Positions 62,229 through 64,000 of a stretch of 64,000 bases of DNA are shown one piece after another. The translations under genes and the position numbers were made by a program. Positions within the stretch are counted from its first letter, which is position 1; every line of letters starts with the position of its first letter. The stretch covers positions 1,798,001-1,862,000 of the forward strand of contig NW_026889825.1 in the NCBI RefSeq assembly GCF_033153115.1, given 5' to 3'. The notes under the pieces were generated by a model. The model ran no database searches. It worked only from the letters and a program-made list of their open reading frames with translations, and was not told the DNA's origin. This DNA is from Saccostrea echinata. Lineage: Eukaryota.

Positions 62229-64000
62229 TGTGATGTATTCCGGATCTATTGTATCTTTGGTTTGTATATTAGAATGTACTGCACATGCGCATTCAATAAA
62301 AGTTAGTTCCGTTATGGCTGACCCACGTGTTAGTGTGATGATTTGAACAACACAACATTTTGGCGACGAGGATGCTGGTTTAGAGTCGGCAAACATACAG
62401 ATTGATACAAAATGGGTGAAGAAGGAAACGCTCAACAACTGATAGGCTTACAGGTCAGATCAATCGGTAAGATTGGATCATACGATGAATCAATCGAGAC
62501 ATGGGATGTCTACACAGAACGTGTTGATCTTTACTTTAAAGCTAACGGGGTGTCTGAAGACTTATTAGTGCCGTCATTCTTAGCAGTAATAGGACCTAAA
62601 ACGTACGGGTTACTAAAGAACATTGTTGCACCTACTAAACCTGCAGATCTCACGTACCAACAAATTCTTGGACATTTGAATAGACATCTTTGCCCCAAGC
62701 CTTCTGTTATTGCGGAGCGCTTTAGATTTCACAAACGTGAACAACGGTCAAGTGAAACTGTGCTTTCATACGTGGCGGAACTCAGAAAATTGTCAATTCA
62801 TTGTAACTTTGGAGAGACTCTCAATGACACTATAAGAGACCGATTCGTGTGTGGTATTAACAGTGAATCTGTCCAGAAGAAACTACTTGCTGAACCAGCA
62901 CTAACCCTGGATACTGCAGTAAAAATTGCACATGCAATGGAGACAGCAGGACGTGATGCAACAGAGCTTCGTGAGCAGAGAAACACCAGTACTACAGTTC
63001 ACAAGGTGAATGGTAGTCAGAAATCAAAACCTCGTTTTTCTATGAAACCTCAGACACAAAAGCATATGCCAGCACCACAACAACGTTCACACAAACCATG
63101 TTGGAGATGTGGAGGTGAGCACAGTGTAACAAGCTGTAAACATGTAAACAGTACTTGTCGTTACTGTTCAAAGAAAGGCCACATTGAGAGGGCATGTTTA
63201 AAGAAAAAGAAGGACACAGAGAGAAGGACTGGAAAAAAAGTGAACTTCTTAAATGACAATGATGAACATGATGAACATCAGTTTGAACCTATGTTACATG
63301 TGCATACTGTTAATAACATGAACAAAGTTGACCCAATTATCCTCCAGCTGATGATCAAAGGACAACAAATTAACATGGAGCTAGATACTGGATCATCTGT
63401 ATCTATCATACCTGAGGCCTTTTATAAACAAAATCTCAGTGATGTACCACTTCAGAAGACCAGAATAAAACTCAGAACTTTTACTGGTGAGAATATTAGT
63501 CCTCTAGGCACAGTGCATGTACCGGTGACATTGAATCAGCAACAGGGAAACATGGACTTAATAGTAGTCAGACAGAATGGACCAGCACTCTTTGGTCGTG
63601 ATGGACTATCACAGTTTAAAGTGAACTGGCATGAAGTGAAAGTGTTGAAGCTACAATAGACCACACAGAAAACTGACACAATGTTAAAGAAAATTCTCGA
63701 CAGACATCAAGCTGTTTTTGGGTCAGAAATTGGAAGACTGGAAGGAATTAGAGGTACACTGTACCTGGAAGATAATGCTCAACCAAAATTCTGTAAGGCT
63801 AGACCCGTGCCTTATTCCCTGAAGCCAGAAGTGGAGGAAGAACTCAAGCGCCTGGAGAAGGAGGGCATCATCAAGTCAGTTACCCACAGTAAATGGGCCT
63901 CACCTGTTGTCCCTGTAGTGAAGAAAAATGGTCAAGTACGTCTATGTGGAGACTACAAGGTAACCATAAATCCAGTAATGAAGGTGGACCAGTATCCTTT
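62229..64000 (+). mobile_element. Gypsy LTR retrotransposon B (Mag-like) nested in the 3' LTR of element A; runs off the window
   Basis: 129-bp LTR TGTGATG...CACAACA (62229-62357); PBS TGGCGACGAGGATG (tRNA-Ser-like) at 62361. Confidence 0.9.
62412..64000 (+). CDS. Gag-pol of element B (gag, two Zn knuckles, protease, RT start) with an in-frame TAG at 63657-63659
   Basis: CWRCGGEH..C and CRYCSKKGH..C, ELDTGS; same frame continues after TAG with KARPVPY, SKWASPVVPV.KKNG.VRLCGDYK. Confidence 0.88.

Overview
AT-rich eukaryotic scaffold with two N-gaps. The repeat families, a CCAP/conoCAP-type neuropeptide gene and a PL14 alginate lyase suggest a bivalve mollusc, probably an oyster (inference). 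Much of the window is nested transposable elements: Kolobok-, IS3EU-, MULE-, hAT- and mariner-like DNA elements, Helentron-type non-autonomous elements, tRNA SINEs, CR1 and RTE-X-like LINE remnants, Penelope-like elements and two Gypsy LTR elements. Host genes, all on the minus strand: (i) a spliced CCAP-like neuropeptide precursor reconstructed by hand (signal-peptide exon 25831-25721, peptide exon 23977-23705, TATA box); (ii) a frameshifted PL14 alginate lyase pseudogene (about 44150-41382) plus an orphan duplicate of its 5' region. Most unusual features: a young Gypsy element (54272-62228) with a -1 frameshift signal and an intact third ORF in the env position, preceded by a splice acceptor, encoding an acidic N-terminus, two C2H2-like zinc fingers and a coiled coil; a 2.9-kb 38/39-bp satellite amplified from inside a Penelope-like element; and an inverted Penelope insertion with a minimal hammerhead ribozyme in each arm. 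All family assignments are from motif recognition, not database searches.
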